Assembly: GCA_963821135.1 (NCBI GenBank)
Contig: CAWGCR010000002.1
Location: forward strand, 365,841-429,840
From: an uncultured Bacteroidales bacterium
GTDB lineage: Bacteria > Bacteroidota > Bacteroidia > Bacteroidales > UBA10428
Length of the DNA: 64,000 nt
Reading direction: 5' to 3'
Below, in pieces: positions 28,740-40,127 of the stretch. The translations under genes and the position numbers were made by a program. Numbering within the stretch: the first letter of the stretch is position 1; the number at the start of each line of letters is the position of its first letter. Under the pieces are notes generated by a model. That model had not been told where the DNA came from. It made no database searches and saw only the letters and a list, made by a program, of their open reading frames with translations.

Positions 28740-29332
28740 TTATTTTTTTGCAGTATTCCTTTCACTTCAAATTTTACAGTAGCCACATCATCCATTCCTG
28801 CCATTTGATGATCTACCTCATAATCTAATCGATTAATTTTAGCTTCGCCGGTAATTGAGATTTCAGACTTGCTTAATTTCTTGATATTGAAAAAGACTGT
28901 TTCCTCTTTCTCAATTCCACGTATCTTTAGTTTTCCTCTGGTTTGATATTCATAATCATTGGCTATAGTATTCTTAGCTACCTGTTACTTGAGAACTCTA
29001 TATGAGGAAATTTCTCTGTATAAAAGAAATCTTCGGATTTAAGGTTATCATCTCTTTTATCAATTCCTGTACTTATTAATGAAACATTTATAAGGGCATT
29101 AATTTTTGGCTTATCATCATTTTTAAAAAATACGTTAATAATCGGCATCTTACCTTTTGCATTAAAAATAAACATGTTACCTATTTTGAATGTAAGCTTT
29201 GTTTTCATAAGTATCAAAATCCCAATTGCCTTTGTATTTTTCGATTGATGCAGACTGCGGAAACATACTTAAACTAAATGCCATTAAAAGGATTATACTT
29301 AAAACTGTTATCTTTTTCATAATTAATTGCGT
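28740..29332 (-). pseudogene. YceI-like periplasmic protein, disrupted by at least two frameshifts
   Basis: Signal peptide MKKITVLSIILLMAFSLSMF (hand translation from 29332). The middle ORF (28978-29217) ends …DFFYTEKFPHIEFSSNR, which is YceI-like. A C-terminal segment is in another frame (…GEAKINRLDYEVDHQMAGMDDVATVKFEVKGILQKK*). Confidence 0.55.
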
Positions 29333-29595
29333 TTTAATATTTTAACCTATTTATTATTAGTATAGTATTAAAATTCTATGCCACGATTTACATCGTCTTA
29401 AGCTAAAAGAGCTTAAACAAAGCTCATTCAAGGAATATAGTTAATTAATTATTAAGAAAATGTTTTATTTAAAGTGTGAATAATATTGGAGGGTGTGAGA
29501 AATAATAACACCCAAGTTTTGAGACACTAACATTTCGCTTGATCTTTAAAATCAACTATATATTCTTTCATTGTAATGTTTTTATGGTTCAATAT

Positions 29596-29982
29596 TTAAA
29601 GTGAGGCAATTACTTTCTCCAACTTTCCCTTCACTTTTTTTGCTATTTCTGAAAGTTCCTTATTTTCAATTGCCTGTATAGATGCAAATGGGTCAACAGC
29701 TGCAATTTCAACCTGATTATCATCAAGCTGTTGTACAACAACATTGCAAGGCAACATGGTTCCAATTTTATCTTCTTTTTGTAATGCCTGATAAGCCAAA
29801 GGTGGATTACAAGCTCCTAAAATCCTATATTTTCTGAAATCAACATCCAGTTTTTCTTTAAGCTTATCATGGATATCTATTTCAGACAATACACCAAAAC
29901 CTTCTTTTTGGAGGTCTTCTTTGGTTTTTGCAATGGCTGATTCAAAATCTGTGTTCAATGTTTTTTCTATATAATACTTCAT
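29596..29982 (-). CDS. DUF302-domain protein
   Basis: 128 aa with the typical DUF302 pattern (…GFGVLSEIDIHDKLKEKLDVDFRKYRILGACNPPLAYQAL…MLPCNVVV…). Confidence 0.7.
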   Translation of the reverse strand: MKYYIEKTLNTDFESAIAKTKEDLQKEGFGVLSEIDIHDKLKEKLDVDFRKYRILGACNPPLAYQALQKEDKIGTMLPCNVVVQQLDDNQVEIAAVDPFASIQAIENKELSEIAKKVKGKLEKVIASL

Positions 29983-29993
29983 AACTATTTATT

Positions 29994-32089
29994 TAATGGT
30001 TCGTCTTCATTTTACGTTTTAATAGTTGTGCGTTAATGGCTACAATAATAGTACTCAAACTCATCAATACCGCTCCCATAGCCGGATTAATAAATATTCC
30101 GGCATTGATAAAGTACACCTGCAGCCAGTGGTATAGCCACCACGTTATAGCCTGTTGCCCAGATAAAATTCTGTATCATTTTTTTATAGTGTTTCTTTAC
30201 CAAACAGCACCAATGAAGCAATGTCTTTAGGATTACTGTTTACAAGAATAATATCTGCTGTTTCTGCTGCTACATCGGTACCCGAACCAACGGCAATACC
30301 TACATCGGCTGTCGCTAAGGCTGGTGCATCGTTAATGCCATCGCCGGTCATAGCAACAAATTCCCCGTTTTTTTGAAATTCTTTTATTTTTTCCAGTTTC
30401 TGGTCAGGTAATATTCCGGCAAAATAGCCATCAAGACTCAATTCATCACTTACGCTTTTAGCTACTTTTTCATTATCACCTGTCATCATATACAATTTCA
30501 GGCCATTGTTTTTTAATGTTTTTACGGCTTCATACGATTCCGGTCGGATTTCGTCTGCCATGGCAATAAACCCGGCTAATTCATCATCAACCATTACAAA
30601 AACAACTGTTTCCTGCTCATTTTTATATGCATTTTTCGGAATTTCAATGTTCATGTTCCTTGACATATCCGGGGCTTACAACCTTTACTTTTTTGTTATC
30701 TACATCTGCTTCAATGCCTTTTCCGGTAATGGCATTAAAATTTTCAGCCTCGGGTATTTCGATATCCTCTTCTTTTATTTTATCCATAATGCCTATAGCC
30801 AAAGGGTGCTCAGATTTCGATTCCAGGGCTCCTGCCATTCTTAAAATTTCTTTGTCATCGAAATCTATCATTCACAGATATATATCTTGTCACGCCGAAA
30901 TTACCTTTGGTAAGCGTGCCTGTTTTGTCAAATGCCAGCAAGCTTATTTTTCGGGAATTTTCGAAAGCTGTACGATTTCGGATTAATAATCCTTTTTGTG
31001 CCGAAATAGAAGTTGAAATAGCAACAACCAACGGAACAGCAAGCCCCAATGCATGAGGACAAGTAATCACCATAACACTGGCCATACGCTCTAAGGCAAA
31101 AACAAAAGGCTTACCAATGATTAACCAGGTGGTAAGTGTTCCAAATCCCACGGTAAGGGCAATAATAGTGAGCCAGAAAGCAATACGGTCGGCCAGGTGT
31201 TGGGTTTTCGATTTTTTGCTTCTGTGCATCGCGTACCATATTAATTACTTTATTCAGATACGCATCTTCACCAACCTGTTTAACCCTAATTTTTAGTGAA
31301 CCGTTGCCATTTATAGTACCTCCAATAACCTTATCATCATTTCCTTTTTTTACCGGTTTTGATTCTCCGGTTACCATCGATTCATTCACATTGCTTTCGC
31401 CTTCTTTAATAACGCCATCAACGGGAATTTTTTCCCCAGGACGAACCAGCACCCATCTCCTGATTTTAGCTCATCGACTTTTACATCTGTTGTATCCCCA
31501 TTTTCCAGTCGGTGCGCTTCGGACGGCATCATTTCCACCAGCTTTTGAAGCGAGCGAGAAGCACCCATTACGGATTTCATCTCAATCCAGTGGCCAAGCA
31601 GCATAATGTCAATTAAAGTAGCCAGTTCCCAAAAGAATTTTTTGCCTTCCAAGCCCAAATGTGGTTGCCGAGCTATACCCAAAAGCTACCGTAATTGCCA
31701 CTGCTATAAGGGTCATCATGCCAGGTTGTTTCTTTTTTAATTCATCCACCAAACCCTTAAGGAACGGCCAACCACCGTAGAAATAAACAAATGCTGATAA
31801 GGCTGAAAAGGACATAACCAGAAAAGCTAAATGTGAAACTATAACCTAACAAGCCTTGTATCAAAGGGGAAAGAACCAGTATCGGAATGGTAGCTATGAG
31901 CGAAACCCAGAATCGTTTCCGAAAGTCAGTAATCATCATGGCATGATGACCTGAATGGTCATGCGAACCGTGTCCACCGTGTTGGTGATTTTTATGTTCC
32001 TGGTGTTTATGTTGTTTATGGTCATGATTATGTTCTGAATGATTTTTCATTTGTTTATAATTTATTTCAATTGCCAAATGGAACCGCAA
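29994..32089 (-). pseudogene. copB: His-rich-N-terminus P1B-type (CopB-like) heavy-metal ATPase, fragmented into at least 8 ORFs
   Basis: Fragments in order on the minus strand. 31757-32089: His-rich N-terminus (HNHDHKQHKHQEHKNHQHGGHGSHDHSGHH) plus first TM helices. 31386-31815: TM helices. 31111-31452: actuator domain ([14 protein letters not shown]…). 30855-31229: TM and CPx region, then phosphorylation site (FDKTGTLT). 30184-30871: nucleotide-binding/HAD domain (MTGDGINDAPALA…). Hand translation of 29994-30150 gives the C-terminal TM (…WATGYNVVAIPLAAGVLY…AINAQLLKRK*). Confidence 0.8.
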
Positions 32090-32281
32090 ATAAATTTAAT
32101 CATCCTATTGTGTGAAAATTTGGACGATTAAATTTAAATGCTTGTTTCATAATACATCATTTTTATGTTCTTTCTATTGACACATGAAAATTTTATACCA
32201 TAAATAATTAGTTGCAATGTTTAGCTTGTATTGCCCATGTATTCAATAAAATGAATTTTAAATTATTTTAATTGTATTTAT

Positions 32282-32325
32282 AATGTGGTAACAAATCCAC
32301 ACTGTTATGAATTTGTTACCACATT
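32282..32325. promoter_or_regulatory. Perfect 15-bp inverted repeat (AATGTGGTAACAAAT-N14-ATTTGTTACCACATT) between the HMA-like gene and copB
   Basis: Read directly from the sequence. It is either a strong terminator-like hairpin downstream of the 32352 stop, or an operator in the copB promoter region. Confidence 0.45.
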
Positions 32326-32351
32326 CTTGCAAAATCTATGATTGAATCTTT

Positions 32352-32723
32352 TTAATGCATATGACCACTATGGTCTTCTTTCTTAGCAGGTGCTCTATCA
32401 TATTGACAACAGCCCGGTAATGCATTATAGGCTTCATCTTTCGCTTTGTGCATTTCTGTATCATGACCTGCTTTGGCTATAGCCATGTGAACTTTATGCA
32501 CATCGGTTTTGGTGCTGTCAAATGAAACCGCTATCATTTTGGATTCTTTGTTCCAATCGGCTGTTGTTAAACCATCAACTGATTTTGCTGCTTTTTCGAT
32601 ACGGCTTTCACACATACGGCAGTTTCCATATACTTTGAATTTTGCTGTTTTTGCTTGCCCAAATACCGTTGTTAAGCTCATCAGAGCTATTACCATTGTT
32701 AAATAAATTGCTTTTGTTTTCAT
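32352..32723 (-). CDS. Secreted HMA-like metal-binding protein (CxxC + C-terminal CCQY)
   Basis: 123 aa, signal peptide, GNCRMCESRIEKAA (CxxC in an HMA-like ferredoxin-fold context) and PGCCQYD near the C-terminus. Confidence 0.55.
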   Translation of the reverse strand: MKTKAIYLTMVIALMSLTTVFGQAKTAKFKVYGNCRMCESRIEKAAKSVDGLTTADWNKESKMIAVSFDSTKTDVHKVHMAIAKAGHDTEMHKAKDEAYNALPGCCQYDRAPAKKEDHSGHMH

Positions 32724-32751
32724 ATCTTAAAATTTAATTGATTAGTAAAAA

Positions 32752-33039
32752 TTACTCTCTTGTATACTGGCAGCAAGAAGGTAGATTTTCATATGCTTCC
32801 TGCGATGCTGTTTCTTTTTCTGTATCATAACCAGCGTTGGCTATTGCTTTATGGATTTCAGATAGGTTTACTTTATCCTTATTATAGGATAGGTGTATTT
32901 CCTTAGTTTCAGTACTCCATTCTGCCAAATTAACGCCTGTCAAACTGCTTGCAGCTTTCTCAATTGTAGATTTACACATTTCACAATTTCCTGAAACCTT
33001 AAACATGGCTTGTTCTATATTGGCATCCATATTATTCAT
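32752..33039 (-). CDS. HMA-like metal-binding protein, paralog of 32352-32723 (CxxC + CCQY)
   Basis: SGNCEMCKSTIEKAA…PSCCQYTRE. The ORF track extends to 33075, but that portion overlaps the 3' end of the upstream adaptor gene. The start is probably MNNMD… at ~33039. Confidence 0.5.
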   Translation of the reverse strand: MNNMDANIEQAMFKVSGNCEMCKSTIEKAASSLTGVNLAEWSTETKEIHLSYNKDKVNLSEIHKAIANAGYDTEKETASQEAYENLPSCCQYTRE

Positions 33040-33063
33040 TTTAGGTTCAGGTTGTTGGTGTGC

Positions 33064-34444
33064 TGATATGGTCAACCTCTACTGTTTCTTTTATTTCCAT
33101 ATTGCCCTGCCCGTCCGGCAGGCGGGCATGATTGTGTTCTGTAGAAACATTTACCACCTCCGGGATTCATCATACTTGGTATTACCTGTCAATTGTGCTG
33201 CAGCATCAATTTTAAATACTCCATTGGTTGCAATTTCTTCACCTTCATGTAAACCTTCTGTCAACAATATAAAAATTACCTGCTTCTGGTCCTAGAGTAA
33301 TTTCACGATATATAAATGAAGGCTTTTCTCTGTCCTGGTACTTTAACATATACTACGGCTCTTTTTCCTGTCCATAAGAATTGCTGATTTTGGAATCAAT
33401 AAGTTCATTGCGTATTTTCAGCAATATTTGATTTCAGAAATTCCATTTGCAAACATTTCCGGTTTTAGATTCTAGATTTGGATTATTTAATTCAACCCGA
33501 ACTTTTGCCACTCTTGTTTGTAGCATCAATAAAAGGATCGATAAATGTTACTTTTCCATGAATATTTTTCCCGGGAATGATTGAATTGTAAATTCAATTT
33601 ATCCCTATTTTTAATCCAGGGCAAATCACTTTCATAAGCATCAAACATTACCCAGACCTTTGATAAATCAATTACTTCAAATAAAGCAGTAACCTTCTTT
33701 TACATAATCACCAATGGAAATATGCCTTTTTGTAACTGTTCCGGTAATTGGAGATTAGAATTTCAAAGTATTCTTTGGTTCTCCATTTGTTTCAATAGCA
33801 TCAATTTGTTTTTCAGTTAAATCCCATAAGTTTTAATTTGGTGCGGGTGAACTTTGTAAAATGAAGGATTTGATTCTTTGTATTTTACGGCTTCAAATAG
33901 TTCTTTTTGTGCGGTTATTAATTCGGGTGAATAAATTGTCCCCAAGCTTTTGACCCTTTTTTACATTTTGTCCGGTATAGTTGATAAAAAGTTTTTCAAT
34001 TCTTCCACCAAATCGTGCTGTAAGTTGCGATATATTTACGTTCATCTGCTTTTACTTTACCAAATAATTGAATCGATCTTTTTCAGGCATATCCCTTTTT
34101 AACAATTGTTGTTTGAATCTCTGCCAATTTCATTGCCGATTCAGTCATCTGAATTTCATTTGGGTCAACATCTTCACCTTCGATCTGCACTGATGCCATC
34201 GGAACTAATTCCATTGCACAAATAGGGCATAAACCCGGTTTGTTTTGCTTAATCTGTGGGTGCATTGAGCATGTGTAAACTAGTTTCTTCAACTATCGGT
34301 TCCTGTTCGTGATACGTGATGTCAGCTGTTTCTAGTTCTCTGAAGAATGAAAAAACAACCAACCCAAAAAATAAGCCTGCAATCAGTAATGTATATCTAA
34401 TATCAGTTTTTATATCTTGTTTTATTATTTATATTTGTTTTCAT
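33064..34444 (-). pseudogene. cusB: HME-RND periplasmic adaptor (CusB/CzcB-like), heavily frameshifted
   Basis: Hand translation shows MKTNINNKTRYKN* near 34444, then in another frame a TM helix (LLIAGLFFGLVVFSFF). ORF 34083-34292 carries the metal-binding N-terminus (YTCSMHPQI…GLCPICAMEL). Downstream are many short shifted ORFs. The C-terminus (…MEIKETVEVDHISTPTT*) ends at ~33064. Confidence 0.55.
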
Positions 34445-34462
34445 CTTAATTTGTATTTTTAA

Positions 34463-35719
34463 TTATTTCCCATTAAATAATGTGATAAATGCTACAGCTG
34501 CTTCTTTATCGGCTGTTGCTTTTTCAAGTTCCAAGAGCATATTTTAAAAGCTTCCGTTCCATTCGTAATATCTCTTCAAAATTTATATCATTTGTGGCAT
34601 ATTCTGATTCAAGAATATGAAAGTGACTTTTCTGCTAATTCTAATTGCTTATTGATATAAGTGAATACCTTCTGTTTGCATCCTGATAATCTTTCCAAAC
34701 ACTTTCAAATAAGACTGTTCAAGAGTATTTTCCTTATCAGTTTTTTCATTTCTCTTTTGCTTCTTGCAGAAAGACCACTTCCTTAACTTTTGACTTTGTA
34801 TTTTTTTCGATACAGAGGAATGGTTAATACCAACTTTAGGAAACACAAAAGCATCTTGTCCTGCATTGATTGCCGTTGAATTACCTTTTCCAATGAAAGT
34901 ATAGTCAATTCCAACATTGAGAATTGTGGCAAGCCCTTCTTTTGAGGCAGACTTCTTGCGATATTCTAAACCTTCAAGTTGATAATCGAATGCAGCTAAA
35001 CTGATGATTATTTAGCCATTAAACTATCCAAGTCCAGCTTGTTTAAAAGCAACATTACTGTCCAGAATTCTCAGGAATTTGAACACTTGAAATTCACATC
35101 AACATTTAACAAATTGTTGAATTTCACTTTTAAAGCGTTTGAATTATCTTTCAACAAAGCCAACTGATTTTCAAGGTCGTTAATTTCCATTTCCACCCGT
35201 AATTCATCAACAGCTGATGCATGAACCTGATTCGATTTTAATATTTGCCAAGCCTTTGAAAGAGGTTAGAATTGCGATATTCTCTAATTGTAATTCCAAT
35301 TGCTTTTTTATTAAAGATACAAGATTAAAATAGGTAGCTTTAACATCAAAGAATAATTTTGATTTAGCTTCTTCAAATATTTCAAATTTTGCTTTAGCCA
35401 ATGCTTCATAGCCAAATTTTCTCTTGCTCATAAAGTTCCAAACCAGGGAAACATTTGTGTAAGCGGATATTTTTGCTTGTTGAGGCCCATCTTGTTTCAA
35501 CAGGCTGAATGAAATACCCAAATGCAATTGTAGGGTCAGGTAATGCTCCCAACTTGTGGAACTCATCTCTAAGCGAAGCCAGATATTCATTGAATTTTGC
35601 TTTTAGTCCCGGATTGTTTTCAGCAGCAGTTTCAAGATATTTTTCAATCTTCTTGAGCAGAAATAATTCCTGATAATCAGCAAAAGAAATGATCAGTATA
35701 TAATATTATATGTTTTCAT
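34463..35719 (-). pseudogene. cusC: TolC-family outer-membrane efflux factor, frameshifted
   Basis: N-terminus by hand translation: MKTYNIIY* then …LEKYLETAAENNPGLKAKFNEYLASL…LPDPTIAFGYFIQPVETR, a typical Bacteroidetes OMF start. ORF 35207-35590 carries OMF helical repeats. The C-terminus ends …ATADKEAAVAFITLFNGK*. Confidence 0.55.
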
Positions 35720-35754
35720 GTATACCTTTTCTTTTAATGATTTAGACATCTTTT

Positions 35755-38700
35755 TTACATTTCTCTCCTGCCACATACTATAGAGCACAGGAACAACAAA
35801 AATGGTAAGTATGGCAATGAGCATTCCTCCAACTGTGGGATTGCCATCGGAACCATAATATCAGAACCTTTTCCTGTTGATGTTAGTACAGGCAATAAGG
35901 CAATGATTGTTGTTGCAGTTGTCATCATTGCAGGGCGAACCCTTTTTAATCCGGCCTCCAAAACATTTGCACGAACTTCCTCAATGATTTAGGTGCTTTC
36001 TTATCAAATAATTGTTTTAGATATGTACTTATAAGTACACCATCATCTGTTGCAATTCCAAATAAAGCAATAAATCCTACCCATACTGCAACACTCAGAT
36101 TAATGGTATGAATCTGAAACATATTCCTGTAAATGAATTCCAGCCAACTGTGAAATTCATAAACCATGACTGACTATATAACCAAAGCATGATAAAACCA
36201 CCTGAAAATGCAACCAAAATTCCTGAAAATATCAAACTTGCTGCAGTAACTGACCTGAATTGGAAATAAAGGATCAGAAAAATCATAATCAAGTGAAATA
36301 GGAATTACAATCAACAATCGTTTTGTTGCCCTTATCTGATTTTCATAGTTTCCTGTAAATTTATAATTTACCCCGGTGGGATACTTATAATACTCCTTGT
36401 TCAATTTTTTCATTTAGATAATCTTGAGCATTTTCTACCACATCAACTTCTGCATAACCTTCCTTTTTATCGAAAATTACATAACCCACTAAAAAGGTGT
36501 TTTCACTTTTAATCAATTGCGGTCCACGGGTATATTTGATAGTTGCTAATTCACCTAATGGAATTTGAACCCCTGAAGGAGTTGGAATAAGAATTTTTTT
36601 CAAATCTTCAGGATTATCTCGGTATTCCCGAGCATATCGTACCCGAACAGGAAAACGTTCACGGCCTTCAACTGTTGAAGTCAATGGCATCCCGCCAATA
36701 GCACTACTTAATAGTCATTTGAAAATCCTGCAATGGTTAATCCGTAGCGGGCAATAGCATCACTGATTAATATCAATTTCCAGATATGGTTTACCAACAA
36801 CCCTGTCGGCAAAAACAGACATTCGGTTTAACACCTTCAACATTCTTTAAATGATTTTCCAAGTTCGAAATCCAACTTTTTCAATAGTTTCCAAATCTGG
36901 CCCAAAAACTTTAATTCCCATTGGCGCGCGCATTCCTGTTTGCAACATTACCAAACGTGTTTGAATGGGTTGTAATTTTGGCGCAGAAGTTAATCCGGGA
37001 ATGTTTGATTGTTTAACAATTTCATCCCAAATATCATCAGGAGATTTTATATTTTCACGCCATTGCCGGAAATATTCTCCTTTTAATCTTCGGATTAAAT
37101 TGATCTTTTTCGATTACTCTGAAATTCATCTGTTTTTGGATTATAAGTTGCTACCATCCATTAAATACAAATGCACCTTCCTTATTCACTTTAAATCGAA
37201 TTCGATGACCATTTTCATTCAACATGAATTCCGATTTATAATTGATTACATTCTCAAACATTGAAATTGGGCAGGGTCAAGAGCTGAATTTACACGGCCC
37301 CATTTACCAACAACATTATCAACTTCCGGAATTGCATTTACCTTTTTATCAAACATTCGAATAACTTCAAGGTTTTCTTCAATCCGGAATGAGGCATGGT
37401 TGTTGGCATTAATAAGAAATGAACCTTCATCTAGTGCTGGCATAAATCTTTCCCAATACCAGGAAATGTTTTATTAAATGATTGCCATACTTTGACTTCT
37501 CTTAATGTATCAGGCATAAATCCAAACATCTTATCGAATCCTTGCCATGTAAATTCCAAATAGAACAACAAATATTGGAATGCTTAAAAATTTCCATTTA
37601 TTAGCTAATGCCCATGTTAAAATTCTCGAATAAGAATCTGACAACCAATAACATTGCAGCTAAATACTAACTCCAATCAATAATCCGACGAAGAAAAATT
37701 TGAAAAATCACTGTTCTGCGCACCCAAGTGGCATCCACTCTTTTGTGAGTAGCCAAGTAACATAACCATAACCAATGCTAAATAGGAGAATCGAATCAAC
37801 TATGAATAATAATCGTTTCCATTGTCTCAGGTAATTGGAATTTTACTTCTCATTATTAATCCCTTTTGAGGGCATCCATTTAAAGTCAAGAAGATTGTTA
37901 ACACCAATACCAACTAAGGCAATGGCTATAAATATCTTTACCAAAGAATATAAAGCTTATACCTCAATAAGTATGAAAATTGCATTTAGAACTTGCTTCG
38001 TCTTTTTTCTATCAATTTTAATTGAGAAATATAATATGAGCCATAGCTGGAATAATGACCAAACCAATAATTAATGCTGAAAGCATCGCAAAGGTTTTTG
38101 TGAAAGCCAATGGTTTAAATAATTTTCCTTCGGCTGCTTGCATTGCAAATACAGGTAGAAAACTAACTATAGTAGTTGTTAAAGCCGTGATAACTGCAGG
38201 TGCAACCTCTACTGTAGCATCATAAATTATCTTTAAGTAGCTTTCCTCTCCTTTATTCTCCAGTCAACTCGATATGCCGGATAATATTCTCTGTAAATAC
38301 CACTCCGACATCCACCATTACACCAATTGCAATTGCAATACCTGAAAGAGCAACAATATTAGCATCTACACCAAACCTCCGCATGGCAATAAAGGTCATT
38401 AATACTCCAATAGGCAGTAAACTTGAAATAAGAAATGATGCACTTAGATTAAGAACCAGAATAATAATTACGATGATACTGATAAAAACTTCGAAAGTAA
38501 GTGCTTCTTCCAAGTGTTCCAAGTGTTTCTTTAATTAAGCCTGTACGGTCATAGAAAGGAACAATGGTAACCTTTGAAACAGTTCCATCATCCAATATTT
38601 TAGATGGCAATCCGGTTGAAATTTCTTCAATTTTGTCCTTAACATTATTGATGACCTCCAAAGGATTTGCTCCGTATCTGGCAACAACTACACCACCAAC

Positions 38701-39604
38701 TGCTTCAGCACCTCCTTTATCTAATCCCCCTCTTCGACGTAGCTGGCCCAAAACTTAACTTTTGCTACATCTTTAATCCTGAATTGGGATATTGTTTTTC
38801 ACGCTAACAACACTCTTTTCAATGTCTTCAAGACTTTTAATATATCCTAAAGCTCTGATCAAGATATTCTGCACGGTTAAACTCAATGGTTCTTGCACCA
38901 ATATCCAGGTTACTCTTTTTAACAGCATTCATTATTTGAACGACAGAAACACCATGGCTTTCATAGCATTAGGGTCAATATCTACTTGATATTCTTTAAT
39001 AAATCCACCAATAGATGCCACTTCAGAAACTCCTTTGGCAGCAGTTAAACCATATTTTACATAAGAAGTCTTGTATGGTTCTTAACTCATGGGGATCCCA
39101 TCCCCATTTGGGTTTCCTTTTTTGTCACGTCCTTCGAAAGTGTACCAATAAATTTGTCCTAATGCTGTCGCATCTGGCCCCAATGCAGGGTGTTACTCCA
39201 TTGGGTAAAGTTCCAGCTGGTAAGAGAATTGAATTTTTCAAGTATTCGGGTTCTACTCCAATAGAATTCAATATCTTCATCAAAAATGATGTAAATACTT
39301 GATACTCCGAAAATAGAATTACTCCGAATGGTTTGTAACACCGGGAATACCGAATAATGCAGTTGTTAAGGGATAGGATATTTGGTCTTCAATATCCTGT
39401 GGTGATTGTCCTGCCCATTCGGTGTACACGATTTGTTGGTTTTCACCAATATCAGGAATGGCATCACAGGAACAGGGTCAGAAGGAAGAAACCTGTTTCC
39501 CAACTGAATGGTGACGAAACAATTCCCCAAGCGATAAAAATCGCAAGTAGCAGGAATGTCACCAACTTATTCTCTAAAAAGAATTTTATGATTTTGTTCA
39601 ACAT
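35755..39604 (-). pseudogene. cusA: CusA/CzcA-family heavy-metal efflux RND transporter, fragmented into >12 ORFs
   Basis: N-terminus by hand translation from 39604: MLNKIIKFFLENKLVTFLLLAIFIAWGIVSSPF…[17 protein letters not shown]…, continuing into ORF 39159-39341. Fragment 38253-38751 has …AIGVMVDVGVVFTENI… Fragment 36385-36690 is the periplasmic C-terminal domain. Fragment 35755-35961 has the C-terminal TM (RVRPAMMTTATTIIALLPV). Confidence 0.75.
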
Positions 39605-39712
39605 ATCTTATGAATTTGATAAACATTCTATTTATAAAAAGTTACGGCAATTAAATTGCATAACAATACAACTCGGTTATAAGGTGAATTGTAAATCAGT
39701 AAAATAGAATAT

Positions 39713-40090
39713 TTAACATAGATATGTTTGCAGTATAGAAAGGCGGGTTTGAATTGTAGGCGGTGGCAAAGCATCGTAAAAAGCCACAATCGCTTTATCT
39801 TCTTCATCTAACAATTCAAGATTAAGAACAAATAATATTGGAAATAGAATATCAAGTTGAATGACTTCAATATTGTTAATCTGAACCGGACTTATATAAT
39901 CATCTTCAACTTCAAAGTGGAGTGTTTTATTCTCACAACATCCACCTTTTCCATCGCAACAAGTTTTAGCTTCTTTATAAATGGATGCAGATACTATTTT
40001 TCCTCCACAGTAATGTATAGAAAGGGTTATTCCTGTAGTTGCAACCATTAGGAATAAAGCAAAAATAATATGTGTTATTCTTCTAAACAT
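39713..40090 (-). CDS. Cys-rich small membrane-anchored protein (HYCGG…CCDGKGGCCEN), candidate metal-binding protein
   Basis: 125 aa, N-terminal TM/signal. The segment HYCGGKIVSASIYKEAKTCCDGKGGCCENK holds 6 Cys in ~25 residues. First gene of the RND cluster; intact. Confidence 0.45.
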   Translation of the reverse strand: MFRRITHIIFALFLMVATTGITLSIHYCGGKIVSASIYKEAKTCCDGKGGCCENKTLHFEVEDDYISPVQINNIEVIQLDILFPILFVLNLELLDEEDKAIVAFYDALPPPTIQTRLSILQTYLC

Positions 40091-40096
40091 TATTAC

Positions 40097-40122
40097 ATTT
40101 AAAACATTTTGAAATTAAAAAT
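40097..40122. terminator. AT-rich hairpin (AAAACATTTTgaaattAAAAATGTTT) downstream of the GH65 gene stop
   Basis: Inverted repeat read from the sequence. It lies in the 37-bp gap between the GH65 stop (40128) and the Cys-rich gene start (40090). Confidence 0.35.
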
Positions 40123-40127
40123 GTTTA

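Noticed and set aside
29495-29525. Hairpin GGGTGTgagaaataataACACCC in the YceI/DUF302 intergenic region
   Set aside because: No gene ends next to it in the right orientation, and it is not followed by a clean U-tract. Significance unclear.
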